Part shown: positions 12,830 through 26,169 of the stretch, one piece after another | How the letters are laid out: each line of letters opens with the position of its first letter | Numbering within the stretch: position 1 is the stretch's first letter | Source of the DNA: Eledone cirrhosa | Lineage: Eukaryota | Reading direction: 5' to 3' | DNA length: 64,000 nt | Assembly (NCBI GenBank): GCA_964016885.1 | Contig: OZ024745.1 | Location: 50,902,001-50,966,000, forward strand | Program-made: the position numbers and the translations under genes | Notes under the pieces: generated by a model | Told to the model about the DNA's origin: nothing | The model's database searches: none | Seen by the model: the letters and a program-made list of their open reading frames with translations, nothing else

Positions 12830-13640
12830 GCAATGCTCAAAGTTGTACTGAAGGAAAAGACAATAGACCAGGGGATGTCCAAGAAGGACGTAACAACAAA
12901 GAGGAAGAGCAACCTTCAGGAAAAAAAAACCCATAGCACCCTTTTTAAGAAAACGGAATTCAGAGATCCACAGACATGGAGCTGGTTAAAAAGAGGAGAC
13001 CTTACAAAAGCAACAGCGGAAATGCTACTGGCTGCACAGCAGCAAGCCCTCAGAATGAAGTGGGTGAAACATCATATTGATAAGGAGGAGGTTAGTCCAC
13101 TCTGTAGGATCTGTGGAGAATGAGGGGAAAATATGGCTCACATTATATCTGAGTGTAAACCCCTAGCCCAGACTACCTATAAAGGATGGAGGCACGATAT
13201 ATTAGGGAAGGTGATTCACTGGCATCTATGCAAACTAAATAATATACCACATTCTGAGAAGTGGTATGAGCATAAGCCAGAGTCGGTGATAGAAAACGAT
13301 CAGGTGAAGATGCTATGGGATTTCAGGATACAGACACACAAGAAATTAGAACACAATAGGCCTGGCCTGGTGATTTTTAACAAGGAAAAAAGATTGTGCC
13401 TGATTGTAGATGTAGCCTATCCCTTTGACACAAGAATGCAATAACAGAAGGAGAAAATTAACCGATACCAGGATTTAAAGTGGGAACCAAAAAGGATTTG
13501 GGACTGTCATGAGATCAAGGTCGTCCCGATTGTCATAGGAGCACTAGGTACTGTCTCAAAGAGTTTTCAAGGATTGTTAAGGACATTAGTCCAGCTCCCT
13601 TTTTTGGAACACTTCAAAAGGCTGCAGGTAGCGGCTTGAT
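12830..13640 (+). mobile_element. R4/Dong-like RLE non-LTR retrotransposon 3' fragment
   Basis: LLAAQQQAL, zinc knuckle CRICGE...HIISEC, RHD, LWDFRIQT...HNRP...IVDVAYPFD; interrupted by stop codons. Confidence 0.85.
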
Positions 13641-14029
13641 GTTCATTTGAACAAACTTTCCAGTTAAATAACATCAATGACTGAGTCTCCAAGAAAATAA
13701 TAAAAATAATTTCTTTATTGGCCACTAGGGCCTACATATAGGGGACATTACAAAAAGACAAGGACAGTCAGGGTTTACAATAAAATCGAGTAAAAACAAA
13801 TTAACAAAAACAATTAACAATAAATATAATAATAATAATAGCAGCTCTATGGAAAATAACATGCTACAAGAATCTCTGTGTAACATAGACTAAATGTAAC
13901 AATGTCAACATGGAAATAAAACATTAAAAAGACCTTAAAAAGAAAATCAATACAGAAAACCAATATAAAATTTTCCCAAACTTGGGAAGGCTCTATTAAG
14001 GTAGTTTCTGTTACCTATATTACCAAATT

Positions 14030-14540
14030 AACAGAATAGGAGGCTGCTCTGAAAGTATAGTAGCTAGAATAAGAAGAGGATGGGAAAAGTTTAGGAAGTT
14101 TTTATCTCTGTTGACAACAAAAGACTTCTCCCTGCAAATAAAAGGCTGGCTGTAAGATTCCTCCATACTAAGTGCAATGTTGCATAGGAGTAAAACATGG
14201 GCAGTAAATACATGGAATAATCAGAGAACTAAGAGAATTGAATCAGGCATGCTCTGATGAATGTGAGATGAATGACGAAGCTTAGATGTGCATGTATAAG
14301 CTGAGAAAGAAAACTGTGTTGGTATGGATATGTGATGCATATGGATAGTAATCATTGGGTGAAGAAATACCAGAAGTTCCCAGTGGAAGAGAGCTGCAGC
14401 AAAGGAAGACCTGGTACAAAGGTGGTGAAAATGAAGGAATGCAACAAGTGAAGGGAGGCTGGGCTGGAAAAGATCTGTCCATCCCATGCAGGCATAGCAA
14501 AGTGAATGTAAAAAGGATGATAATCGGTCCACCAGGATCC
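14030..14540 (+). mobile_element. Degenerate RTE LINE 3' fragment
   Basis: Diverged match to the RTE at 39132 (GCSES..VARIRRGWEKFR, AMLH.S.TWA). The matching tail (ccatgcaagcatg...gatgatgat) resumes at ~15715-15760. Confidence 0.7.
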
Positions 14541-14824
14541 CAAATCACAACACCAGTCCTGGTATGGTATGGCCATCTGGCCAGACATTCCAGTAAGATG
14601 GCTCCACTATGTGTAAGACAAGGAATGCTTAACTGGCCAGACCTCCCTCATAGTGGGACCACCTGGCTCCCAAACTATAGTTCTGCTGTGAGCAGGGTAT
14701 GATGCCATCAATTGGCCTGTCCCTCCTCATAACAGTGCCATGTAAATCCACATTGTAAATATGGTTGTGGTTCCCTAATATTAGCTGCGCTGTAAGCAGG
14801 GTACAGCATGGCCAACTGGCCTAT

Positions 14825-15597
14825 CTCACCATATAATGGCACCATCCAGTTCCACACTGTAAATGTGGTTGCAGCTCCCATACTATGATTCCACTGTGAG
14901 CAGGGTACAGCACAGTCAACTGGGCTGTTCCACCATATAACAGTGCCATCCAGTTCCACACTGTAAATGTGGTTGCAGCTCCCATACTATGATTCCACTG
15001 TGAGCAGGGTACAGCGCAGCCAACTGGGCTGTTCCACCATATAATAGTGCCATCCAGTTCCACACTGTAAATGTGGTTGCAGCTCCCAAACTATGATTCC
15101 ACTGTGAGCAGGGTACAGCGCAGCCAACTGGGCTGTTCCACCATATAATAGTGCCATCCAGTTCCACACTGTAAATGTGGTTGCAGCTCCCAAACTATGA
15201 TTCCACTGTGAGCAGGGTACAGCGCAGCCAACTGGGCTGTTCCACCATATAACAGTGCCATCCAGTTCCACACTGTAAATGTGGTTGCAGCTCCCATACT
15301 ATGATTCCACTGTGAGCAGGGTACAGCACAGCCAACTGGGCTGTTCCACCATATAATAGTGCCATCCAGTTCCACACTGTAAATGTGGTTGCAGCTCCCA
15401 AACTATGATTCCACTGTGAGCAGGGTACAGCGCAGCCAACTGGGCTGTTCCACCATATAATAGTGCCATCCAGTTCCACACTGTAAATGTGGTTGCAGCT
15501 CCCAAACTATGATTCCACTGTGAGCAGGGTACAGCGCAGCCAACTGGGCTGTTCCACCATATAATAGTGCCATCCAGTTCCACACTGTAAATGTGGT
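14825..15597. repeat. 104-bp minisatellite, ~7.5 near-identical copies with degenerate flanking copies
   Basis: Unit ccaccatataatagtgccatccagttccacactgtaaatgtggttgcagctccc...gggctgtt; the ORF track repeats with a 104-nt offset. Confidence 0.95.
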
Positions 15598-15763
15598 TCA
15601 TAATAGGAAGTGAATTCAGCTCTAGAAATCCTGGCCAAATTTACAGTTCTGTCTGAGCAAGGTACGGTGTGGCCAATCTGGCCAGATTTCTCTCATGATG
15701 TGGATGACCTATCTAACCCATGCAAGCATGAAAAAATGGATGTTAAAGGGTGATGATGATAAT

Positions 15764-15951
15764 TATTTCTTCTTTTGGCACAAGGCCAGCAAATTACCCA
15801 GTGCATTACTGGTACTTTATTTTATCGACCCCGTAGGGATGAAAGGCAAAGTTAACCTAGGCGGGATTCGACCTTAGAATGGCAAGGGCCGTAACTCTAT
15901 GTGTCAAAGCATAGCGTCCAACTCTCTACCGATACTGCCAATCCACCGCCT
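15764..15951 (-). mobile_element. tRNA-derived SINE inserted in the RTE (GAT)n tail
   Basis: Full SINE sequence, flanked on both sides by tgatgataat. Confidence 0.88.
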
Positions 15952-18066
15952 TTGATGATAATGATGATGATGATGAATAACATATGAAGAAATAAAATTT
16001 TTTAGGTAGATTTAATCAACCATAATCCTTTTCATAAAAACAACTGATCATGCTAGGGAATAGAAGTTAAGATCATATGTTTAACCCCCCACCCACAACA
16101 CATACATACCGAACATGGTAAAATATATCATGGTTTAAAGTGAAATAAGATTTTACTTTGTATAGTCACAACTGTAATGAACTTAATTAAACAGTTTAAA
16201 TTTGTTTTGTGGATATGAATAAATAATCAAAAGTTAATTGAATTTAATGATTTTATTAAAAAAAACTTGGCAAACATTTATATATGCAGTTGTATCAAAC
16301 ATTTCGTCCGCCTTTGTCGAGTGGTTCTTCTCAAAATTCCAGAGTGATGAGTAGTTTCTTGTGGTGATGCATCAGATATTCACAGGATCATCCTTGCCCC
16401 TTTGAACTTCAGACTGATCTACTTTCTGGACACTCCTCTAACAGGCTATGTTTACAACTATATGGCTAGAGTACATAATTTGATATGTACAGAATGTATA
16501 ATAATCAATTTGAATACCCTGGATTTGAATGCCCCAAATAAGTTAGGAAATAAATCAAATGTGCTACAGAAATTATCCAACATAAAACTATTTCCAAGGA
16601 AGATTATTTTTATGAACAATTAATAGGAATATTACTACTTTGGTGTTTCCATTAAATCCTGTTGATGAAATAGCAGAAAGTGAGCATGACAAGTAGGGAT
16701 CATAACAAAGGAGATTGAAATATAAGCTATACTGATGTGAAAAAAACATATACAATAATGAAAAATCAGAAAGAAACTATGTATTACTACTAGGATGAAT
16801 CCGATCGTATAAACATATTTTCAATAGATCAGATCCTATGTACTGCTCCAGAACAAGAAAAATTTAAATACCATGGCCTACTGTACATTAGTCTAGGGCC
16901 TTCCAGACATGGGCCATTTATTTACAATTTAGGAATTTAACAAAGTTTAGATTTGGGTTTCTCAGTTGTGGGGTAGTTTTATCATATGCCCTATATGCAT
17001 TTCATAAATCTTCAAAAGCTGGTTTCCATAAAACAGAAGGTAAATTCAGAGAACTGCTAATTTGGAAAGTTCATCTAATTTATAAAACAACCACAACAAA
17101 GGATGCAAACAGTTAAAGAAGACATAAATTTATAGCTGCTTCAATGCATATATACAAAGATACATTCATTCTTATGAATAGAATAGTAAACTGTATTTTT
17201 GTAAGTATTTTTGTAAGTTCAATATCTGACTATCATTTAATTGATATGCAATTTATAATGAGATAACTGTTTCATATTTGGAGACCAGCCCCTCATTTTA
17301 TTGGAGAAATTTAAAGAATAAAGATAGAAGATAAATGCAGGTGTTTCTAAAACTATTTATGTGAGTAACCCATACAACTGTTGAAGTCAACAGCTAATAT
17401 AGAAAAGTTTGTTGAAAAATAAAAAAAAATTAAATTTGTACCATTTTCTTTTATAGTAAAATCAAAATCTATATTTATATTTAACTTCGATATATTCAGA
17501 ATCAAAATATACAAAGATTTTCATTAAATGCCAAGTAATAATTGAAAAATAATAACAACTAGAAAGATTAACAGTGGCAACCAACTTTACTTTTTATTTA
17601 AAAGGCATGTATCCTCACAGAGGAAATAAAACTGTTTGATAGATGTTTGGAAAGAAGAGTGAGAAATGTGCCAAAAATTGGCAGACCAAATGAAAATCCC
17701 ATATAATGATTTGTTTCCAAGATAACAACCATATCTATAATTGATCGGATCATCTCACAGAGATTATTCCTTGTTTTATATTTATCATTCTTTCAAATGA
17801 TTTGTATTTGTGTATGAAGATCCAGTAGAATCACTAAAACCATTTTGATACCAACCCAGTGAAAACTGGCTCTGGTCCTATGAAACAAAATCACCTATTT
17901 TAAAGGGCTCCTATTTACATTAAAATCTTTCAACATAATTTTATATAAGAACCACATTTAATGAAATAATAATTTTAGTATATTCCTCAAAATTCTTCAT
18001 TAATCATTTGAAATAGGATGTAGTTCTTTAGAAATAGTCACAAAAGCAATAAATTCCTCCTCCTTT

Positions 18067-18266
18067 TCAATCGAGTGTATCATCAGTCCATTGAAAAGCT
18101 GTTCTATTTAGTAGCTTTACCAATTCCTCATTTTGTGGTTGATAAAATTTTTTCAATAAACTATATGTTTCATTCAGTATTGGTCCAATCTTACGTGAAG
18201 CAACTTTTCGAGTGTTAGTTCGGGGAATATTGATCAAAGCACGTTCTGAAACCTTATTCAATTGCT
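18067..18266 (-). CDS. CHST15: Carbohydrate sulfotransferase 15-like, coding exon 7 (terminal)
   Basis: Acceptor tttgcag, phase 1; encodes ...IGPILNETYSLLKKFYQPQNEELVKLLNRTAFQW...; stop at 18069-18067. Typical sulfotransferase C-terminus (L..FY.P.N..L..LL....F.W). Confidence 0.9.
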
Positions 18267-18857
18267 CTGCAAATAAAAAAAAATTCAAATTTTCTCTAAT
18301 AATGTTTAGCAGCAACAATAAGCAAATACTATGTTTCTAAAGAGTAAGATAACCTCCCACCCAATCTTGATGCCAATATCAATGTTTATAACATTTGCCA
18401 GTTGTTGTGACTTTAAGAATGATACAATGGAAGTCGAGCACCGAGCTTTCTATAACAATAGGTCACCCCTGATCCTTGGGACTTATGAGTAAAATCATAA
18501 CAATCAGGACACATTTACTCACGTTTTAGTCCTGGGACAACATTTTACTTTATATTTTAGAATGCTAGGTAATTATTTGAGTGTGATGTGGCTGCTATTT
18601 CATGTGGAGATTTTTTTGTTTATTTAAATCTCTAATAAATATTTTTCTGTTACAGTCCAACTAATCTTTGTTGTTTCAAGGTAACCAGTTATTTGAAGGT
18701 CAATGAGTTATGTTTGATTGAGTATATTCATTTTTTTTATCATTTACAGATGGTATATATAGAAAAAAGTCAGTGAGAATGTCAAACCTCTCATAGAACT
18801 TAGTTTGTGCCTATTCAGTTCCTGTATTTGTAATAGGAAATAAGTAGAATATTAGTG

Positions 18858-18972
18858 AAGGCATGTGGCTTAGTGGTTAGAGAGTTGGATTTGCAATTGT
18901 GAGGTTGCAAGTTCAATTCTTGGACTGGGTGATGTATTGTGTTTTTGAGGAAAAACACTTTATTTCACATTA
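18858..18972 (+). mobile_element. Second tRNA-derived SINE family, degenerate head
   Basis: A box tggcttagtggt and B box agttcaattc, followed by tttgaggaaaaacactttatttcac. Related to reverse copies at ~11081-11200 and 48510-48682. Confidence 0.6.
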
Positions 18973-19984
18973 TTCCTTCTGCCTAGATTTGCGACTGGTT
19001 GATAGTATCAACAATAGAAAGACCAATGGAAACATTATTTCCTTGATTCGATTTCACAAGTTCCAGAGAGAGAATATAATATCTACTTCATTTACACATT
19101 ACGAGAGATTTTTAAGTTAGAGGTTTAGAAAAGAAAAGAAAAAATATCATATATAATTTATACCTTTTTTAATTTAAAAAGTTTTTCTATATCTTCCCTG
19201 CATGGATCTGATACTTTTTTTTTTTTAGATTGATTTACTTTCAAAAAAGAAAGTGCTGCATAATTTATTGTCTTCACATAATGAAAAGGTAGAATATTTC
19301 CATTTCTTGGAAAATAAGTCAGGATGGAAAATTATGGTTCATATTTATAAACCTACTTTGTTGTTGGAGCAGGGAACAAGAGAAAAGGTGGAGATTAAGA
19401 TACAGATAGATAAATAGAGAGAGAGAGAGGTGGGACAGAAAGTGTCAAATAAACTTTCTGACTGCTAGACAGTGAGTGGTTTGGCCGCCTGGCTGGCCTA
19501 TCCCTCTATTGTTATGACTGCAACTGAGGTTCATTTTTCATGGACATTCCTGACTGGATGCAAAATTTGTTTTAGTTTTGGTATAAAACTGTTGAAAACC
19601 ATGAATAAAATAAAGCTGATATGACAGTGTCATAAATGTTGGCAGAAGAATGAAGAGCATGATTTGCTACATATTATCTAGGGCCAGCAATTTGTGGTAT
19701 GAAGAAGGAATAATATTTGGAATCGAATATTTTTTTAAAAATTGAAAATCTATTATTATATGGAAATAATTGATGTACATGGAATTATATAATAGCAAAC
19801 TTCATATGTTTTCCTGAACAAATATGCTGACAATATAGATAGTTTGAAATTACAAACACAAATGCCGTAGCTGTTAAAAATCAACACATATACACATATA
19901 TCTTTATTACTTAATTCCATAAATATTTCACATGAAAATATAGAATCAAAGTGTAGCATTCACTTACAGACCACAAGTGGTGCT

Positions 19985-20420
19985 GCAGCTTCCTTCTAAT
20001 ACTTTTTGAGGCAACTCAACACACTGGCAATGTTACCACAGATGACAGTGAAGCCAAGGCACTGGAACAACCAAGCACCCTCATGGGCATCACCTGACAC
20101 TTCGGTAAGGCGAGTCACCACTGATGACAAGAACTTCGCTGTCAGCGGCTCAGCTCCTTCAAACATCTTGAATGCCACAGGTTGGAAAAAATAGTTTGAC
20201 GATAATTCCCTGTATTTAAAAATTTTATTCCATTCAGCTATGGAAGCAGTGATCCTCACATTTACTGCAGCATCCAGTGGGAAGGACAAAAAGACTGACT
20301 GTGGCATCTCTAACGAGACATCTACCTCTTACAAAGGAACAAAGGGTAAGACCATCAGGTCTCTTCCCATCCACTCTGGACAATAGAGCTAGGTCTAGAA
20401 TTGAGGGTATATTTACCCAA
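19985..20420 (-). mobile_element. CRE-like RLE domain fragment in intron 6
   Basis: DGKRPDGLTLCSFVRGRCLVRDATV...KYRELSSNYFFQPVAF...WLFQCLGFTVICGN. Confidence 0.8.
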
Positions 20421-20537
20421 CCCAGGAATTCATATCCATCTAATGTGCACTTATAACTTACAAAAGAAACCGATTTCAAAGTGTGTATAATAACAAATTA
20501 TATAGAAATAAATTTTTTAAATTCTGTCAATACTCAC

Positions 20538-20685
20538 TCAGTTCAAGGAATTGAAACACTTTCTTAAAGATACATGGAATACATTGGTTGTAATCTTCAC
20601 TCCGAATGATATGGAAATTTTTCACAGGAAATATTTTGAACCAATCTTTCAAGTATACCCAATATAGACCTATTCGAAGTCTAAC
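20538..20685 (-). CDS. CHST15: Carbohydrate sulfotransferase 15-like, coding exon 6
   Basis: ttcag|GTT...CTG A|gtgagt, phase 0 to 1; encodes VRLRIGLYWVYLKDWFKIFPVKNFHIIRSEDY...VFQFLEL. Confidence 0.93.
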
Positions 20686-21279
20686 CTGAAAGGGCAAAGA
20701 AGTATAATTCGAAATAAATCTAAGTTGAATAGTGTAGAATATTAGTATACTTACATTCATTAACAATATGACCAAAGAGGATGGCACTTTTAGTTCAATA
20801 GCTCAGAGTATATGATTATTTCTTTTCTCATCTTCTGAGAACTGAATGCAAAATTCCATGTCATATGGAGAATGCAAGGTACTTTCTCAGAGGTTGAACA
20901 GTTTCTATCAACACACAACAATCTAATAGAAAAGTATTAATTAGATAAAGGACAAAATCATAAATAATGTACCATAATTTCTTACTTTGACATAAAAGTA
21001 ATTGCCGTAAGTTGCCCTTTGAATTAACTCAATACCGTATATATGTTATCGACACCAAAAGAATGAAATTCAAAGGTGACTTTCACAGAATATAACATAA
21101 GAAATTAGAAGCATGGTACTTTGCAATACAGTTGTGAATATGTGAGAAATTAGTTCTGATTTCAGCAATCTACAACACAATACAGCTTTGGTCCCTAGCA
21201 TAAAACATTTATTTTTTATTTACATTGCTATTATAAAAAGAAGGCACAAGTGTCACTGTATTACTATTTCCAATTTGTT

Positions 21280-22990
21280 TCAATCAATAACTGATTTTGT
21301 TTTTGTCTCTGATCACTTCAATTCTGTGCTGGTTGTTCATGTTAAGAAAGGGGCTGAGCTGTCAACTGATCAGCATCGAGCTATCTGTAACCTGAGACTA
21401 CCTGAAGCCATGGAAGCCCACAAAACTGACAGGTCTAACTTGACCTACTGGATAAAATAGGAAGTGCTAGTGAATAAGGAATTCAGGACCAGGTATGCAG
21501 ATAAGGTTTCATCCAAATTCAGAGAATTCTCTGAGTAAATTGATGTTGAAATGGAGTGGAGACTGTTCAGAAGTTTCTGCTTCAGTTGTTAAATGCTGCC
21601 AGCAAAAGTAGTTTTGTGTGGCAGGAGAACCCCATGGTTCAATCAAGAGGTCAAAGATATCATCAGAACAAAGAAGGAGGCTTATAAAGCTTGGCCTGGA
21701 AATAAGTCCTTCTTGCATTTGCAGTACTAGCAGGTGCAAAAAGTTTCAGAATAAAAGGTAAAGGTGCTCAAAGTTAAGACATGAGAGGACTTTGGGTTAA
21801 GCAGGAATCCGAGTTCAAATCAGCAAATAAAGTGTTTTGGCAGGCCATCTGCTGACTTTGTAGTATGAAGTCTTCCTCCATGCCTACCATCAAGAACATA
21901 TTAAGGGTCCTCATCTCTACAGAGAGGTGCATCCCAACAAGGTGGAGAGAATATTTTGCTGATCACCCAAACCTGGTCACAACAAGATTTTCAGATGAGG
22001 TGCACCTGGAAGCGATAACTAACCACCCCGGAGGCCACAGAAACAATTGTGGCAAGGATTCAGGGGAGGATGAAATTTGGCCCAAGATGTTAAAAGCATT
22101 AAATAGAGTTATTCTCTGGCTGACTCATGTGGCTCAAGTGGCCCAGCTCTCTGGAAGGGCACCTAAGCATGGCAATCAGGAGTAATAATACCAATCTTCA
22201 AAAAGGGAGGTAAGAGAGATTACTCTAATTATAGAGGGATATCCTTGTTAAGTCTCTCCTGGTAAAGTCTATGCTAAGTATCTGGCAAAGAGATGTAGGG
22301 ATATTGTGGAGGTCAAGCTAACTGACGAACAGTGTGGTTTTCATCCTGGATGCAGCACAGCTAACCAAATATTCACACTGCAGAAGGTCTTTGAAAAATT
22401 GTGTGAGTATTGTCATGAAGTGTATGCTTGTCTCACAGAACTCAAAAAGGTATATGAACACATTCCACAGGACCTGTTGTGAAAGGTTCTGCTGGAATAT
22501 TGGATCAATGGACAGACTCTTGTTGCCCTGCTGTCTCTATACACATGCCCTAGTATTTGTGTTCAGATAAGTGGGGCAATGTCGAATCCATTCAATGTGG
22601 ATGTTGAACTCTGCCAAGAGTGCAGCCTGTCACCTCTCCTGTTTATAACCTTCATGGACAGAATTGATAGGCATTAAAGTAGGAGAAGAAATTCAAGTCT
22701 CTCAGGGCCATGTTCACAGGTGATGAAATGCAGGGACTGAAAGAAAGGAAGTAGGTGTAAAAGCCAATCTTGCTATCTTTAATTCGGTACTCTTGATAAC
22801 CTTTATCTATGGCCATGAATCTTGTGTAATCACCAAAAGAATATGATCATGAGTACAAACTGCCAAAATAGGGTTCCTTCAAATTGTCTTTGGAGTAACA
22901 TTACTTGATAGAGTGCATAGCTAGGAGATCAGTGAGCCACTACTTCTCTGAATTGAGAGATCATAGCTCCAATATCATGGACATGAGGTG
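21280..22990 (+). mobile_element. Degenerate RTE/Expander-like LINE (endonuclease end to RT)
   Basis: GAELSTDQH, GEDEIWPKMLKAL, PIFKKG...SNYRGISLLSL, EQCGF, LSPLLF and YGHES motifs, with many stops and frameshifts. Confidence 0.8.
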
Positions 22991-23041
22991 TGGTTAGAAT
23001 TCTATACACTCACATATATATAAACACACACGCACTCACAC

Positions 23042-23088
<47 letters not shown>

Positions 23089-23137
23089 AATGATATTATT
23101 AGATATACAATTAATGATGAAAATATCAGCTACTTAC

Positions 23138-23294
23138 TCCTGCTAAGAGTCCCAGTTTTGCATCATATGCACATTTCCTTATGGTCTCATTTTTAAAGCA
23201 GTTTTCATACAAATTAATAGTATTCACAACTCTTTCATGAAAATTCTCAACAGATTTGTTATATTTGCCAAAATACAAGTAGTCAGAGAATAGT
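23138..23294 (-). CDS. CHST15: Carbohydrate sulfotransferase 15-like, coding exon 5
   Basis: ttctag|A CTA...GGA|gtaagt, phase 2 to 0; encodes RLFSDYLYF (3'-PB motif end)...CFKNETIRKCAY. Confidence 0.93.
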
Positions 23295-23964
23295 CTAGAA
23301 ACAGAAAGAAAAAAAAAAACAAAAAACAAACAAATAAAGTTTAGTTCTATATAAGAATTCAATATTGATTTTCAATATCGATTTGAATTCATCCATGAAT
23401 TCAAAACCAACATAAAAGATTCCTGCCCAAAGTGACGTGCTTTGGGATCGAACACTGAACGATGTGATTCTGAAGCAGATATCTTACCCACACAATCTAG
23501 TACATGTTCACCATAGCTTACCAGCAATATTGATTACATTTGACTCGGTACTATTGCAACTTCTGTATCAATAGGATAAAATCAATTGACCAGACTATGT
23601 GTTATTTATATTATCAAAACCTAAAGAATAAATTTGAACTTCAAATGTAGACCTAATTGAAATGTAATTCAAGCCATCAGCTTTACGCAGTTTACAAAGG
23701 ATTTCTTACTTTGACATAAAAGTAATTGCCGTAAGTTGCCCTTTGAATTAACTCAATACCGTATATATGTTATCGACACCAAAAGAATGAAATTCAAAGG
23801 TGACTTTCACAGAATATAACATAAGAAATTAGAGGCATGGTACTTCTTTCTTTTGTAATAAACATAAGAAATTAGAAGCATGGTACTTCTTTCTTTTGTA
23901 ATAATAAAATATTACTTGATTGTAGAACACCTGAGCACTGAATACAATAATCTTCATTGTGAAT

Positions 23965-24368
23965 TGGCAGTATCTGTAGAGGGTCGGACACCATGCATAG
24001 AGTTACGGCCCTTGCCATTCTGAATTCAAATCCCGCCGAGGTTAACTTTGCCTTTCATCCTTACGGGGTCGATAAAATAAAGTACCAGTAATGTACTGGG
24101 TAATTGCTGGTCTTGTGCCAATAGTAGAAACAATTATTATTGATATTTAAAAACTGACAGTAAGGGAGATAATAAAAATGTTTTAGAGTGGATTGGCAGT
24201 ATCGGTAGAGGGTCGGACGCCATGCTTTCCAGCATAGTTACGTCCCTTTACGATCTGAGTTCAAATCCCGCCGAGGTTGACTTTGCCTTTCATCCTTACG
24301 GGGTCGATAAAATAAAGTACCAGTAATAAACTGGTGATTGCTGGCCTTGTGCCTAAAGTAGAAACAAT
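23965..24368 (+). mobile_element. Two tandem tRNA-derived SINEs
   Basis: Copies at ~23965-24135 and ~24190-24368, each with A and B boxes. Confidence 0.9.
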
Positions 24369-24679
24369 TATTGATATTTAAAAACTGCCAGTAAGGGAGA
24401 TAATAAAAATGTTTTAGAGTTATTACCCTTGCATTATTTTTTGCATTAAAATCAACTTTGTCGTACATAGGAATGCTGAAGGCGGTAAGAAGCGGAAAAT
24501 ACATGCCGATGAATAATAATAAAGTAACTATTTCTTTATTCAAGAAATTTCATTTGAATTATATAATGCTGACAATAAAAATAATAAAAAAATACATAAT
24601 GAAAGTAAGGGTTATTTTTTTCTATCGTGGAATCACGACTGACAGATGTAAAATCAGTCGGCAGCAATTTACAAACAAC

Positions 24680-25420
24680 ATGACGTTACTTAACGCGACA
24701 AAAGGTGATCTATGACTTGCACTTGATAGGTTTGATTCTGAGTGTTGCATGACTGGAATGAAAATCAGTGCTGAGAAAACTGAGACACTCATCCTGTTAA
24801 GGAATCCTGCGCAGTGTACTCTAGATGTGAATGGAGTTCCACTGAAGCAGGTGGAGACGTTCAAGTATCTCGCAGCCGTGTTCACGAGTGATGGAAGGTA
24901 GGGAGATAAATTTAGAGCAAGAATTGCAGGAGCTGGTGCAGTAATGCGCCAGCTTCAGCATTCGGTAATCAGAAGAAGGGAGGTAGGTGTAAAAGCCAAA
25001 CTTGATATCTTCAATTCGGTATTCGTGCCAACCCTTACCTATGGTCATGAATCTTGGGTAATGACCGAAAGAATACGATCGTGAGCACAATCGGCCGTAA
25101 TGGGGTTCCTTCGAAGTGTCTTTAGAGTAACGTTACTCAATAGAGTGCGTAGCTCGGAATCGGAGCCGCTACTTCTCCGAATCGAGAGATCACAGCTCCT
25201 ATACTATGGGCATGTGTTTAGAATGTCTCAGGGAAGAATTGCTGGACAGATTTTACGGGCAAAACCAACCGGCAGGAGACCCAGGGTTAGACCCCGAACA
25301 AGATGTGGGAGATCCAGCCTGATCAGCTGCAATCGGGTGCTTCTGATAGGGCCCATTGGAAGGAGTGTTTGAGGACTCTGCCCCGGCGGCCCTCACAGGA
25401 ATAAGTGGGCGAAGAAGAAG
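24680..25420 (+). mobile_element. RTE/Expander-like LINE 3' fragment with (GAA)n tail
   Basis: GMKISAEKTE, LKQVETFKYL, PTLTYGHESW, YGHVFRM and GRRP motifs; ends in gaagaagaagaag. Confidence 0.85.
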
Positions 25421-26169
25421 AAGAAAAAAACCCCAAAAAAACAAACAGTATGGGGAAGTAGGAAGGGACGTATATTTCTGATCTGCCCAGCAAACAAAAT
25501 GGATAAAGCACTGTGGAGAGGAACAGCAAGTGATGCATGCGGTTCTGTTTTGATATTTCCGAAAAAATTGGTAAACAATTCGGTCATATTTCACTTATCA
25601 ACAAATTATAGAATTACAGTAACTGAGGATAAAAACGAATGCCGTAGAAATATACAGGAACGGTGGAATTAAAAGGAACTGAGGTCATGCCCCGCATCCA
25701 ATAATCATTTTTTTCTCCCCAAACTAGAAAAACACACATCTATTTAGATATGCGCTACACTTTATGTACATGTTATGTAGAGATAGAGGAGAGGGATAGA
25801 TATAGAGAGAGGGAGAATTTGGTGGTAATTGATATAGAGAGGAAGTTTGGGAGAGTGTGTTGTAAATTAGATATTGAGAGGGGAAGAGATTGGTGTTAAT
25901 TGATAAAGGGAGGTGGATTGGAAGAGAGTTCCGTGTATTAGATATAGAGAGGGGGAGAGTTTGGTGTTAATTGGTATAGAGAGGGGGATTTGAAGAAAGT
26001 TCCGTGTAGTAGATATAGAGAGGGGGATTGGGAGTAAGTGTTGTATGGATGAAATCGGGAAGGTGAGAGTTTGGTGATAATGAATAGAGTGAGAGGATTG
26101 ACAGATATAGGTACTGATATATATAGAGAAGGGGATAGTTTGGTGCTAATATATATAGAGGGGAATTGG

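Noticed and set aside
14708-15601. Repeated MELDGT... ORFs; possible CRISPR-like array
   Set aside because: This is a 104-bp tandem repeat, not a multiple of 3, with no unique spacers and no cas genes.
16290-16350. Possible plus-strand terminal exon (CIKHFVRLCRVVLLKIPE*)
   Set aside because: Weak acceptor, no recognisable homology and no partner exons found; it may be 3' UTR or intergenic sequence.
18858-18930. tRNA gene
   Set aside because: A and B boxes are present but no intact cloverleaf; it continues into a SINE body.
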